Source of the DNA: a virus
Lineage: Duplodnaviria; Caudoviricetes
Reading direction: 5' to 3' (one strand)
Length of the DNA stretch: 64,000 bases
Virus record (IMG/VR): IMGVR_UViG_3300025251_000012
Coordinates: 1 to 64,000 of that record
The notes beneath the pieces were generated by a model. It saw only the letters and a program-made list of their open reading frames with translations, searched no databases and was not told the origin of the DNA. Shown here piece by piece: positions 55,988-64,000 of this stretch. Within the stretch, counting starts at the first letter, position 1; the number at the start of each line of letters is the position of its first letter. The position numbers were made by a program, and so were the translations under genes.

Positions 55988-56017
55988 TTGCGTGGTGTAT
56001 AAAACACCTAATATAGT
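55988..56017 (+). promoter_or_regulatory. Rightward sigma70-type promoter with an inverted repeat in the spacer
   Basis: TTGCGT, 18 bp spacer, TATAGT; spacer contains GGTGT-ATAAA-ACACC. Confidence 0.55.
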
Positions 56018-56026
56018 GATCTCGGC

Positions 56027-56407
56027 ATGGTTTTGCGCTTACATAAATGGCCACAAGGTTTAGACTCTTGTCTTAATTGCACCTCGACTCCGGTGGAGGC
56101 GAGTTATGCCAGTCGCGGCCTTTGTACACGTTGCTACGATAAACATCGTCGCCACGGCACACTAAAGAAGTACGAATTTTTAGGCGCTAGTTGGAAATCT
56201 ACAGCAAAAAACCCAACGTTAAGAGCCGTCCGTAAAATAGGCATCACTATAACCGCTATGTTGGTTGGCGAAGACCCCGGTGTAATCAGGGTCTGGTGTA
56301 AAGAAGGCACCCCTAAAAACATGCAGGCGATTATGGACGAAGCCCTTCTAATTATAAACTCGAAGAACCCCGACCACAGGGCATTGCTTTTCCCAGACGA
56401 CCACTAG
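56027..56407 (+). CDS. Zinc-finger protein, possible transcriptional regulator
   Basis: CLNC...SRGLCTRCY; C-terminal helical segment (ITAMLVGEDPGVIRVW) resembling an HTH. Confidence 0.6.
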   Translation: MVLRLHKWPQGLDSCLNCTSTPVEASYASRGLCTRCYDKHRRHGTLKKYEFLGASWKSTAKNPTLRAVRKIGITITAMLVGEDPGVIRVWCKEGTPKNMQAIMDEALLIINSKNPDHRALLFPDDH

Positions 56408-56449
56408 CTGTAGTTGTGTTAGCTCCGGGTTGGGCAGTCGCGCAAGTGT

Positions 56450-58525
56450 GTGGCACTCGGAGATACTTTGCGAGCCAGGTTAGTCACAACAACCTTAGTT
56501 TTAGTACTGGCAAGCAGTTGTAGCAAGAGCAGCGGCGATGGGTTTTCGCCCAATGAACTGGACGCGGTGGATACCCTTAGCTTTGTAGACGCCGATACTT
56601 ACGACCCCCATACCGGGGATACCTACGAATACGAAAAGCGTTGTTACCAAGACCAATATTGGTACTGCCCGCCCCTATCTGCTGTGTGGCGCAAAGTGGT
56701 TACAGTAGATATATGCGACGAAAACGGCGACCCGTGCACAGCCTCCGAGTGTCAGTGGTCTATCGTAACTATGGGTGACTGCGAAGAAATCTTTGAATGC
56801 GACCCTACGGGGCCGACCAATCTCGGTGAAATTGTGTGCGAGGTTGATGGGCTTTTAGGAGTTCAAACTAAATACTGTGACAAAGGCTTCTTTTCATACA
56901 GCCCATGTGACCCTTGTACAGATGAGATTTGTGACAGCATAGACAACGATTGCGATGGGACAACAGATGAGGGTTTGTACCCATGCTCCACTGATTGCGG
57001 CGATGGTGAGGGTGCCTGCATAAATGGCAAGGTAACGCTGTGTTCCGCGCCCGAGCCCACGGAAGAGGTCTGCAACTACGTTGATGACGACTGCGACGGT
57101 CTTACTGATGAGGGTCAAACAAACATTTGTAATCTATGCGGCGATGTTCCGAGCGAAGATTGCGATAGTTTTGACAATGACTGCGATGGGCTGATTGATG
57201 AGGATTTGCTAGATGGCTGTAGTACGGCCTGTGGCGATGGCTATAAAACGTGTGTTTCCGGTATGTGGACCCTGTGCTCCGCGCAAGAGCCTCAAGACGA
57301 GGTGTGTAATGGGTTGGATGACGACTGCAATGGTTATATAGACGACGGGATTAGCTGCGGCTGCCCCCCGGAAGATGTTGGGGCAATATTCCCCTGCCTT
57401 GAGCCGCCGCTCGTATGCGGCCAAGGCTACAAACAATGCGCATGTGTGGACGTGGGTTGTGCAGAGACCGCGATGACGGAGTGCCACGCCCCCTGCCATT
57501 TCTTCCCGATACCCGGCCAGACGTGTGATGACACTCTTGGAGTTCCATACCCAGAGGTCTGCAATAACCACGACGACGATTGCGACACCTTGATAGACGA
57601 AGATCTTGTCAAGGGATGTTACACCGGGCCTCCAGCAACAGAGGGCGTTGGCGAGTGCATCCCCGGCGAGATGACGTGTCTCGCGGGCAAGTGGGGCGGT
57701 AAAGTTAAAACTTCTAATACCCCAGAGACATTTGTGGAAGGCCTCTGCGTTGGTGAAGTAACGCCCATGTCCGAAGATCTCTGCGGCGGGGCAGACAATG
57801 ATTGCAATGGTCAGGTTGAAAAAGAGCTAGAGGATACAGACATCCTTTTCATCATTGACGCTTCAGGGTCCATGTACGAAGAAATTGGGGCAGTGGCGCA
57901 AGCAATGACCACATTTGCGGCAAGCTACTCCGGCTCCACCGCAATTCATTGGGGGCTGGTTACCGGACCTACGGCAGTTGGTTCTGGGTTGTCTGAGAAG
58001 CTATATCTCAACCAAAATCTTACTGAGTTCTCTACCTTTGTACCCGCGCTTTCCGCAATGGCTACGTCGTATCTTGGCGGGGCCAATGAGATGTTATATG
58101 ACGCCCTCTATTTAGCAGCGCACAACCTTGTAGATCCTCAAACGCTACCGCACCAAATATCAGATCTTGCGTGGGGGCCGGGAGCCAACCCGTCAGTTCC
58201 TAGCATCCAAGGTTTCAAGATTAATTGGCGGGAAAACGCTCACCACGTGATTATCGTGTTCTCGGACGAAATGGGTCAGAGCTATCTCAAGCCTATGTTG
58301 TCCCAGCAGAACCTAGTAGACGTTCTAAGCCATGCGGACGACCTATCTGTTTATACTTTTAGTACCGGGTTCACAAAAGACGTAACCGACTGGCTGGGCA
58401 ACAAAGTCGGCTGGGAATCGGTTTCTGTTGGCGGCTCTTGGAACGAACTGAGCACAGACCCAACAAAAATGTTTGGTGCATTGATGGACATTTTGGATGA
58501 AACCGCCTGCGGAGGTGCCCCATGA
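56450..58525 (+). CDS. Lipoprotein with MopE-like Cys/Asp metal-binding repeats and a C-terminal vWA domain
   Basis: Lipobox LASSC; six ExC...D.DC[DN]G..D[ED]-like repeats; MIDAS motif DILFIIDASGSM; VIIVFSDE. Confidence 0.85.
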   Translation: MALGDTLRARLVTTTLVLVLASSCSKSSGDGFSPNELDAVDTLSFVDADTYDPHTGDTYEYEKRCYQDQYWYCPPLSAVWRKVVTVDICDENGDPCTASECQWSIVTMGDCEEIFECDPTGPTNLGEIVCEVDGLLGVQTKYCDKGFFSYSPCDPCTDEICDSIDNDCDGTTDEGLYPCSTDCGDGEGACINGKVTLCSAPEPTEEVCNYVDDDCDGLTDEGQTNICNLCGDVPSEDCDSFDNDCDGLIDEDLLDGCSTACGDGYKTCVSGMWTLCSAQEPQDEVCNGLDDDCNGYIDDGISCGCPPEDVGAIFPCLEPPLVCGQGYKQCACVDVGCAETAMTECHAPCHFFPIPGQTCDDTLGVPYPEVCNNHDDDCDTLIDEDLVKGCYTGPPATEGVGECIPGEMTCLAGKWGGKVKTSNTPETFVEGLCVGEVTPMSEDLCGGADNDCNGQVEKELEDTDILFIIDASGSMYEEIGAVAQAMTTFAASYSGSTAIHWGLVTGPTAVGSGLSEKLYLNQNLTEFSTFVPALSAMATSYLGGANEMLYDALYLAAHNLVDPQTLPHQISDLAWGPGANPSVPSIQGFKINWRENAHHVIIVFSDEMGQSYLKPMLSQQNLVDVLSHADDLSVYTFSTGFTKDVTDWLGNKVGWESVSVGGSWNELSTDPTKMFGALMDILDETACGGAP
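56916..57826 (+). repeat. Six protein-level MopE-like repeats
   Basis: EICDSIDNDCDGTTDE, EVCNYVDDDCDGLTDE, EDCDSFDNDCDGLIDE, EVCNGLDDDCNGYIDD, EVCNNHDDDCDTLIDE, DLCGGADNDCNGQVEK. Confidence 0.88.
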
Positions 58526-58683
58526 GCCTACTTCGGGACATTTTACTTACAGGCATTGGCCTAAATTGTGGGCTTTTGCTTTTCAGCCTTGCAAACGGCG
58601 AGTCAACAGGGGTTTTTGTTGCGCTTATTAGCGGGATATTTTGTGCAGCAGGGGCGGGGTATGTGCGTGCGAAAATGGGCTAA
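58522..58683 (+). CDS. Small two-TM membrane protein (53 aa, not in the ORF track)
   Basis: GGAGG RBS, ATGA overlap; MSLLRDILLTGIGLNCGLLLFSLANGESTGVFVALISGIFCAAGAGYVRAKMG. Confidence 0.6.
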   Translation: MSLLRDILLTGIGLNCGLLLFSLANGESTGVFVALISGIFCAAGAGYVRAKMG

Positions 58684-58822
58684 ATCAACAGTCAGGCAGT
58701 TGGCCGGTTCGCTGATATTTGTGCTGGTGTGTTTTGCAACAGCGGCGGTATTTGCGCCAACGGCCGAAGATATTGGTGACCGAAAATGGCAGACGGGCAG
58801 TGGAGCTTTAGAAGAGGCGTGA
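58661..58822 (+). CDS. Small single-TM protein
   Basis: MCVRKWAKSTVRQLAGSLIFVLVCFATAAVFAP...; stop overlaps the next GTG (GTGA). Confidence 0.5.
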   Translation: MCVRKWAKSTVRQLAGSLIFVLVCFATAAVFAPTAEDIGDRKWQTGSGALEEA

Positions 58823-59085
58823 ATAGGGCACTTGGCAGGGGGACAAGGGTAGAGGTTAAAAGGCCTATTGAGGTCACTTGCCCAACTAAAGATAAGACTA
58901 TCCAAATAGTCGTTGCCCAAGGCACTACCGGAACCATCTTAGAAATCATACCGAACCTTCGTGTTCGACTTGACGATGTGTACGAGGGGAAAATCCGGGA
59001 AATACGGTGGCATTCAAGCGCAAAGATTAACGACGACTTGGTTTCTATTGATGACGAAGAGAGGCGATTGTGGGTGGTCAAATAG
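58819..59085 (+). CDS. Small beta-barrel (SH3/KOW-like) protein
   Basis: GRGTRVEVKRP...GTTGTILEI...RVRLD pattern; GTG start after GAAGAGG. Confidence 0.5.
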   Translation: MNRALGRGTRVEVKRPIEVTCPTKDKTIQIVVAQGTTGTILEIIPNLRVRLDDVYEGKIREIRWHSSAKINDDLVSIDDEERRLWVVK

Positions 59086-59954
59086 TAAGATTATTTTTGG
59101 CGTTCTTAGTAGTGATAGCGCTTTCTTGTGCGGGCACAACCGGTGGGTCTACAGCAGTTACACAGCCTAAACTGCCCAGGGCCTCATTCGTTTTCTTGAC
59201 GCACACATATTCAGAAAACCTTTGCCACAAAGACCAATGTATACCGGCAAGTAGGGTTAAATTTGTTGGGTCAGGGTTTTCCATAGCAACAGATAAAACC
59301 GGATCGCTAATTATGACGGCTGGGCACCTTTGTAAGCGTCCGGTCCCTAAGTACACAGGCGGCTTTAGGATGTCTACTGAATCTAGTATGACAGCGGCAA
59401 CCCCAGGCGGGGGGAAATACCCTGCAAAGGTGCTTGCGGTATACACGGGAATTGACGCGTGTGTGTTGAGGATCGACGGTGTGCACATAACCCCTGTTAA
59501 ATTTGCAACCGAGGCACCAAAATATGGGGAGCGTGTTTATGCACTTGCGGCCCCGCTTGGGTTGTACTCGTCCGAGATGTTACCGAAATTCGAGGGCTTC
59601 TACTCTGGCAGCGCTTATAAGGTCGCAAAACCTTCCCCATGGACAGGCTCTTTTGATGAACTAACTATTTACACAATACCCACAAGAGGTGGCAGCAGCG
59701 GTGCCCCGGTATTCAATTCAAAGGGCGAGGTCATTGGAATTATAATCATGGCCGCTATTAGCCTAGAAAACTTGTGCTGGTCCCCAACATTTGAAGCCCT
59801 ACAACAGATTTGGTTAGCTTTAGAGCGAGAGGCATATGGGAAAAAGAAAGAAGAAGGCAAAAACAGTTGGGAAAGAGGCGCAAGCGCGCCCAACAATGAA
59901 AATTTCACACCGGAATATGTTAAGTGTTTCCTCACAAAAGAAGAAGCGAAATAA
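59070..59954 (+). CDS. Trypsin-like (S1) serine protease, lipoprotein
   Basis: Lipobox ALSC; GSGF, MTAGHLC (His), IDACVL (Asp), GGSSGAPVFN (Ser). Confidence 0.9.
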   Translation: MGGQIVRLFLAFLVVIALSCAGTTGGSTAVTQPKLPRASFVFLTHTYSENLCHKDQCIPASRVKFVGSGFSIATDKTGSLIMTAGHLCKRPVPKYTGGFRMSTESSMTAATPGGGKYPAKVLAVYTGIDACVLRIDGVHITPVKFATEAPKYGERVYALAAPLGLYSSEMLPKFEGFYSGSAYKVAKPSPWTGSFDELTIYTIPTRGGSSGAPVFNSKGEVIGIIIMAAISLENLCWSPTFEALQQIWLALEREAYGKKKEEGKNSWERGASAPNNENFTPEYVKCFLTKEEAK

Positions 59955-60119
59955 GCGTACAAAAAAATGACCCCTATAAGTTGTGGTGTGTTCTTCCAAA
60001 CCCACAAGTTGTTGGGTACTTTAAATAGCTACTACTACTAAAAGTTATGACTATTTGCAGCTTTCTCGCGCGTAAGACGTGGGTGGCCCGCAATATCTGA
60101 CAGGATTTCTGAAAGTTTT

Positions 60120-60722
60120 TTATCTTTTTCTGTGAATGGAGTCCGAGCCCTCGGTTTCCATTTCATTTAAAGGCAGCCTGTTAAAGATCTGGTTGTCATA
60201 CATTTCAAGCAGGCGTTTCATGCTTCTTACTCTTCTAGCGTAACCCTTTGACCTTTTATTACACACGCGCCCAGCATTGTAATGACACTGGTAACTGTCG
60301 CCGTAGGCATTTTTAAACTTTTTTACTGCCTTTAGACCCGCAGCTATGACATCGCAGCCACGTGCACGCCGTTTGGGGCAGAAGTACCTAGGCAAAATTT
60401 GTAGTGGCCCTATGGCCCCAGCAGATGACACAGCAGTCATAGAGAATTTGCTTTCGTAATAACCAATGGCGACGACCTCTGGGATAGAGAGTCCGTAGTC
60501 TTCGGCCTTACTAGCCAAGGTGACGCACGTCTTCATGCGCGGCGGAAGGTTTTTAGCTAGTTTATTTCTGTAACTTTTAGACCCCACGTTATGAAATAGC
60601 GTAGACAGGGCAAGAGCACAGTGTACCTCTGCTCTTAAAGAGGGCGTGTCCTGGTTTTTTGCGAACGCAAGATCTGTGATTCCAATATGGAAGATGACGG
60701 CCAGCGCTATAATCAAGTTCAT
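60120..60722 (-). CDS. Secreted lytic transglycosylase (SLT / lysozyme-like)
   Basis: Signal peptide; YYESKF...AVSSAGAIGPLQI and HYNAG......YARRV motifs. Confidence 0.82.
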   Translation of the reverse strand: MNLIIALAVIFHIGITDLAFAKNQDTPSLRAEVHCALALSTLFHNVGSKSYRNKLAKNLPPRMKTCVTLASKAEDYGLSIPEVVAIGYYESKFSMTAVSSAGAIGPLQILPRYFCPKRRARGCDVIAAGLKAVKKFKNAYGDSYQCHYNAGRVCNKRSKGYARRVRSMKRLLEMYDNQIFNRLPLNEMETEGSDSIHRKR

Positions 60723-60744
60723 TTTTAATCCAATGTCCTAACGT

Positions 60745-62379
60745 TTAGAACGGCGTAGTTATGTTTAAAACAGCCGGTATCGCATTAGCAAGCTCATCGT
60801 TATGCGTAACAACAAATACCAATCTGTCTGTGCTTATCTCAGACAGAACATCGACGATAGCAGCCACGCCGTCCGAATCTAGTGCGTCAAACACCTCATC
60901 AAACATCATGGCTCCCGAGTAGCCGGAAGCGGCTTCAGCTATAGCCCCCAACCCCAACATTAGCGCTACGTCCACCCGCCTACGTTGGCCGCTGGATAGC
61001 GCTTTATACCCATTACCGCCCCCGCCACCGTGGATGTGGAGGCTTATTGTGTCCACGACCTTCCCGCTGGCTTGCACAGTTTCGCCGCTTAATTCTATGC
61101 TAAGGTCCGTACATAAGCGCGATAGCCACGAATTAGCCGATGCTTGGAGCCCGTTTAGTGCGTTTGTAACCACTTGGGCACGGACACCTCTTGTGTTCAG
61201 AACTGTGGCAACGTGGCCTAAGACATCAACCTTGTCCTGTAGTTCAGACTTTTCATCGCCAAGCGACACCGCCTCTTCTTCGTGGGCGGCTTTAGAAGCA
61301 AGAAGCTGCTTCTTACTACTCTCAGCTTCTTTGGCAAAGGTTGTACTCTGGATTACAGAACGCATTTTGGTGTCTAGGTGATAAGACGCCTCGGATAGCA
61401 AATCGCAATCTCCGGTCAGTTCTTCTAGGTTGACAGTTAACGCAGATAGGGAAGCCCTCTTAGTTTTATGCTCTGCGGTTAGGGCCGCTGTAGTTTCATC
61501 TATCACAGCGCGAACGTTGTCCCGGTATTCTGCGCGTATGTCTTGGAAGCATGTAGGACACTTAGCATCTTTAATATTTTCAACCTTCTCTGCTTCAAAG
61601 CTAAGTTTTGATTCAATAGTTATTACGTCTTTACGACAGCTTCTTACTTCAGCGCTAACTTCAGAAACCTCACTTTGTGCCTGTTTATATTGTTCCTCAA
61701 GTTTAGACAGTTTGTCTTCAAGGACTTTTAAGTCGTCTGTAGGCCCTAGATTCTTCTCATATTTTTCGTAATCAGAAATTCGATCTTTAAGGCTTTTAAT
61801 GCGCTCTTGTAAAATTTCACTGCCCTGCTCTAATTTCACAAGATTCCCTTTACCGGTATTCAAATCAGTCCGACACAGCATGTGAGCACTGTCGAAACGA
61901 TCTACGCCTAACACCTCTTCGAGCAACCTTTTTCGTTCTTTGTCCGAAGCCATAGAAAAGTACACGGCATCAGAAGATGAAAAGACCCTGCTACGAACCC
62001 AAAGGCCGAAGTCCCCAACGATTGACTCTAAAGCCTCTTGCGCAGCGCTCATGGTGGGAAACTCTGCGGGATCTTCAAAGGTGCCGTCATGGTTGTATTT
62101 CCAACCCATTTGGGTGCGCCCATTTTCCCGCCGCCTAATAATGTAAACTTCATCAGTTGTGAGTCCCACCTCACAAGCGACTTCATCGTCCCCACCTGGG
62201 ATAGTTCCGCGAAGTGTTTTGCCCCAAACAGCCCAGCAAATAGCTTCAATAATCGTGCTTTTACCGGTGCCGTTAGCCCCAGTTATGACCACGGCACCCT
62301 TCTTAGGGAATGTTAGTGTGAAGCCATTCAACCCGTGAAAGCCCGTGACCTCTATGTGCAGAATATTCATGCTAGGCAT
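60745..62379 (-). CDS. SbcC/Rad50/T4 gp46-like ATPase
   Basis: Walker A GANGTGKS, coiled coil with CPTC zinc hook, LSSGQ signature, MMFDEVFDALD, VVTH. Confidence 0.93.
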   Translation of the reverse strand: MPSMNILHIEVTGFHGLNGFTLTFPKKGAVVITGANGTGKSTIIEAICWAVWGKTLRGTIPGGDDEVACEVGLTTDEVYIIRRRENGRTQMGWKYNHDGTFEDPAEFPTMSAAQEALESIVGDFGLWVRSRVFSSSDAVYFSMASDKERKRLLEEVLGVDRFDSAHMLCRTDLNTGKGNLVKLEQGSEILQERIKSLKDRISDYEKYEKNLGPTDDLKVLEDKLSKLEEQYKQAQSEVSEVSAEVRSCRKDVITIESKLSFEAEKVENIKDAKCPTCFQDIRAEYRDNVRAVIDETTAALTAEHKTKRASLSALTVNLEELTGDCDLLSEASYHLDTKMRSVIQSTTFAKEAESSKKQLLASKAAHEEEAVSLGDEKSELQDKVDVLGHVATVLNTRGVRAQVVTNALNGLQASANSWLSRLCTDLSIELSGETVQASGKVVDTISLHIHGGGGGNGYKALSSGQRRRVDVALMLGLGAIAEAASGYSGAMMFDEVFDALDSDGVAAIVDVLSEISTDRLVFVVTHNDELANAIPAVLNITTPF

Positions 62380-63451
62380 CTCCCCGTTTCAAATAAGCAA
62401 GGGTTGTATCTAAAACCGCTTCCTTTGTGGCATCGGGTATATCCATACCAGCAATGTAAGTAGACGCCAGTTCTTCTATAGAATTAGTGCCACTTTTAAC
62501 CGCTTCTACAGCATTCTTAGCCGATTCGCGGCAAGCAGAGACCGAAACATCGTGGATGATATCTAGAATACGAGCGTCTTTTTCTAGCTCCTGGATATAA
62601 TCCGCTGGCAAAAGTTCAGACTTTATTTTGAAGCGTGCAAAGTTTTTTGCATTGAGCTTTCTCAGGACATCTTCCGCTTCGGTGGGCGTGTCTATATTAA
62701 AGTAGCGTGGGCCAGGTACTTGCACGCTTTTAATATCGCCCGCATTGTACGTAGTAACATGCCCATAATTATGTCCCAGGTTGTCCCATCCCGTAGGGAC
62801 TAGGGCTCCGACTTGTACAATCGGTTGCTTATTAGGCCCAGCCCATTGCTTACGATCATGCCAATCCCCCACAAACACGCCGCCAAGCTTATATTTATCG
62901 CACCAGCTACGCACCGTATGGATAGAAACAGACGACTCTGTATTAACAAGCCACTCCGGGGTGTTGGTGTCACTAATACCAAAATGGGCAGCTAGGATAG
63001 TTCCTTCTGGAAAGTCTGCATCTTCTAGAACACCGCGCACGTTGTCTGCCATATTGCCCGGAATGAACGGCACAGCTAGTACAGAAGTACCGTTAAAACT
63101 TTCATGTGTTAGTAGGGTAGGGCTTGTTACGCAGTGAACGTGTGGAAGCCAGTCGAGAACAGAGATAGCAGAATCCCCTTCATGCGAAGATGCAATGTCG
63201 TGATTTCCTGCAAGAACAAACGTGGGCGTTTTGGGGTAAAGCGCATCGCCAGTTGCCTTCAGTATCGCTGGGTGCGGGTTATGCCTATCAAATAAATCGC
63301 CCAGAATAATTAGGGAGCCGTCAGCCGCTACGCCACTAGCAGTGCCAAAAGAAGTTATAACTTCTCGACACCTAGTGTTGATGTGCCCCACTAGCTCCCC
63401 GCCACACTTCTTATGGTTTCCTACGTGTACGTCGGCTATAAAACTAATCAT
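62372..63451 (-). CDS. SbcD/Mre11/T4 gp47-like nuclease
   Basis: IADVH, LGDLFD, LAGNHD, AAHFG, VGDWH; coupled to the SbcC-like gene. Confidence 0.9.
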   Translation of the reverse strand: MISFIADVHVGNHKKCGGELVGHINTRCREVITSFGTASGVAADGSLIILGDLFDRHNPHPAILKATGDALYPKTPTFVLAGNHDIASSHEGDSAISVLDWLPHVHCVTSPTLLTHESFNGTSVLAVPFIPGNMADNVRGVLEDADFPEGTILAAHFGISDTNTPEWLVNTESSVSIHTVRSWCDKYKLGGVFVGDWHDRKQWAGPNKQPIVQVGALVPTGWDNLGHNYGHVTTYNAGDIKSVQVPGPRYFNIDTPTEAEDVLRKLNAKNFARFKIKSELLPADYIQELEKDARILDIIHDVSVSACRESAKNAVEAVKSGTNSIEELASTYIAGMDIPDATKEAVLDTTLAYLKRGDA

Positions 63452-64000
63452 CGGTTGGCTCCTTATCAGACCCTAACAAGCCCCACTCCCCGTTTTCACA
63501 GATTTCCAAAAGGGTGGGGTTGTCAAAAGAAAGCCGTTCCACCTGTATTTGAACGGCGTCATTGTTGTTGTCGATCAAAACATAACTGCGGTCATTACGT
63601 GCAGCGACCTCACCTAGGGTGCCGCTACCACTAAAGCAATCCAAACAACGGTCCCCCTGATTAGAATGGACCTTTATAATGCGCTCTAAAATACCCGCTG
63701 GTTTTTGCGTAGGGTAGCCTGTGCGTTCTTTGCCGTTAGTGGGTACAATTGTGTGCCACCAAACGTCGGTAGGTGTCTTGCCTTTAGCAGCCTTCTCCTT
63801 CCCCACCAATCCTGGTGCCATATAGGGAATGCGGTCCATGACGTCGTAATTGAAGGTATAGTTCTGCGGGTCCTTCGCGTACCACAGGATAGTGTCATGC
63901 TTGGTGGGCCACCGTTTCTTACTACGAGCCCCATAATCATAGGCCCATATGATTTCATTCATAAACGAATCGCGCCCAAAAATGTCGTCCAGCATCACCT
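63444..64000 (-). CDS. DNA N6-A/N4-C methyltransferase (beta class), N-terminus outside the window
   Basis: NEIIWAY, KHDTILWY, DVW, YPTQKP..ILERII, LDCFSGSGT. Confidence 0.9.
   Translation of the reverse strand, partial: VMLDDIFGRDSFMNEIIWAYDYGARSKKRWPTKHDTILWYAKDPQNYTFNYDVMDRIPYMAPGLVGKEKAAKGKTPTDVWWHTIVPTNGKERTGYPTQKPAGILERIIKVHSNQGDRCLDCFSGSGTLGEVAARNDRSYVLIDNNNDAVQIQVERLSFDNPTLLEICENGEWGLLGSDKEPTDD

Larger units (their letters stand above)
1..64000. mobile_element. Segment of a large myovirus-type bacteriophage genome
   Basis: Contiguous terminase-portal-MuF-protease-scaffold-capsid-neck-sheath-tube-TMP-baseplate gene order, plus phage-type nuclease and methylase genes; no host housekeeping genes and no integrase in the window. 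Confidence 0.97.

Noticed and set aside
56916-57826. Periodic repeats as a possible CRISPR array or DGR template
   Set aside because: Repeats are conserved at the protein level with synonymous variation inside one ORF; no identical DNA repeats with spacers, no RT gene and no A-specific mismatched pair
1-64000. Stop-codon reassignment, given many TAG ends and frequent CTAG
   Set aside because: Long ORFs tile the window under the standard code, and TAG-ended genes abut the next start with complete domains
1-64000. tRNA genes
   Set aside because: Intergenic gaps are short, and none shows a cloverleaf with a TTC(G/A)A T-loop and acceptor stem

Overview
This 64 kb window is part of a large tailed dsDNA phage genome with a contractile tail. 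Its morphogenesis module is organised like those of SPO1/Twort-type myoviruses. About 1-50 kb is one + strand late region: terminase large subunit, an embedded lysis cassette, portal, MuF, prohead protease, scaffold, major capsid, neck, sheath, tube, chaperones, tape measure, baseplate and fibre genes. It is followed by a - strand early block (50-55.7 kb), a divergent promoter region, a + strand operon of envelope-targeted proteins (MopE-repeat/vWA lipoprotein, trypsin-like lipoprotein) and a - strand block (SLT, SbcCD/gp46-47-like pair, DNA methyltransferase, the last truncated by the window). The most notable signal is a candidate head-cargo system. Two large multidomain proteins sit among the structural genes: a Strawberry-notch-like SF2 helicase with a LysM domain inserted in it (7874-11599), and an ART + ParB-like + GNAT polyvalent protein (44464-46659). 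Both carry the hydrophobic-x-K-[A/S/G] motif that is dense in the scaffold and at the capsid N-terminus, and they share a 24-aa PxGT..KTG..K.....W..V module. This suggests they are packaged, cut by the prohead protease and ejected. Myxococcota-type repeat proteins hint at a deltaproteobacterial-type host. All family assignments are from motif reading by eye; no searches were run. No CRISPR array, tRNA, intein, integrase or reverse transcriptase was seen.
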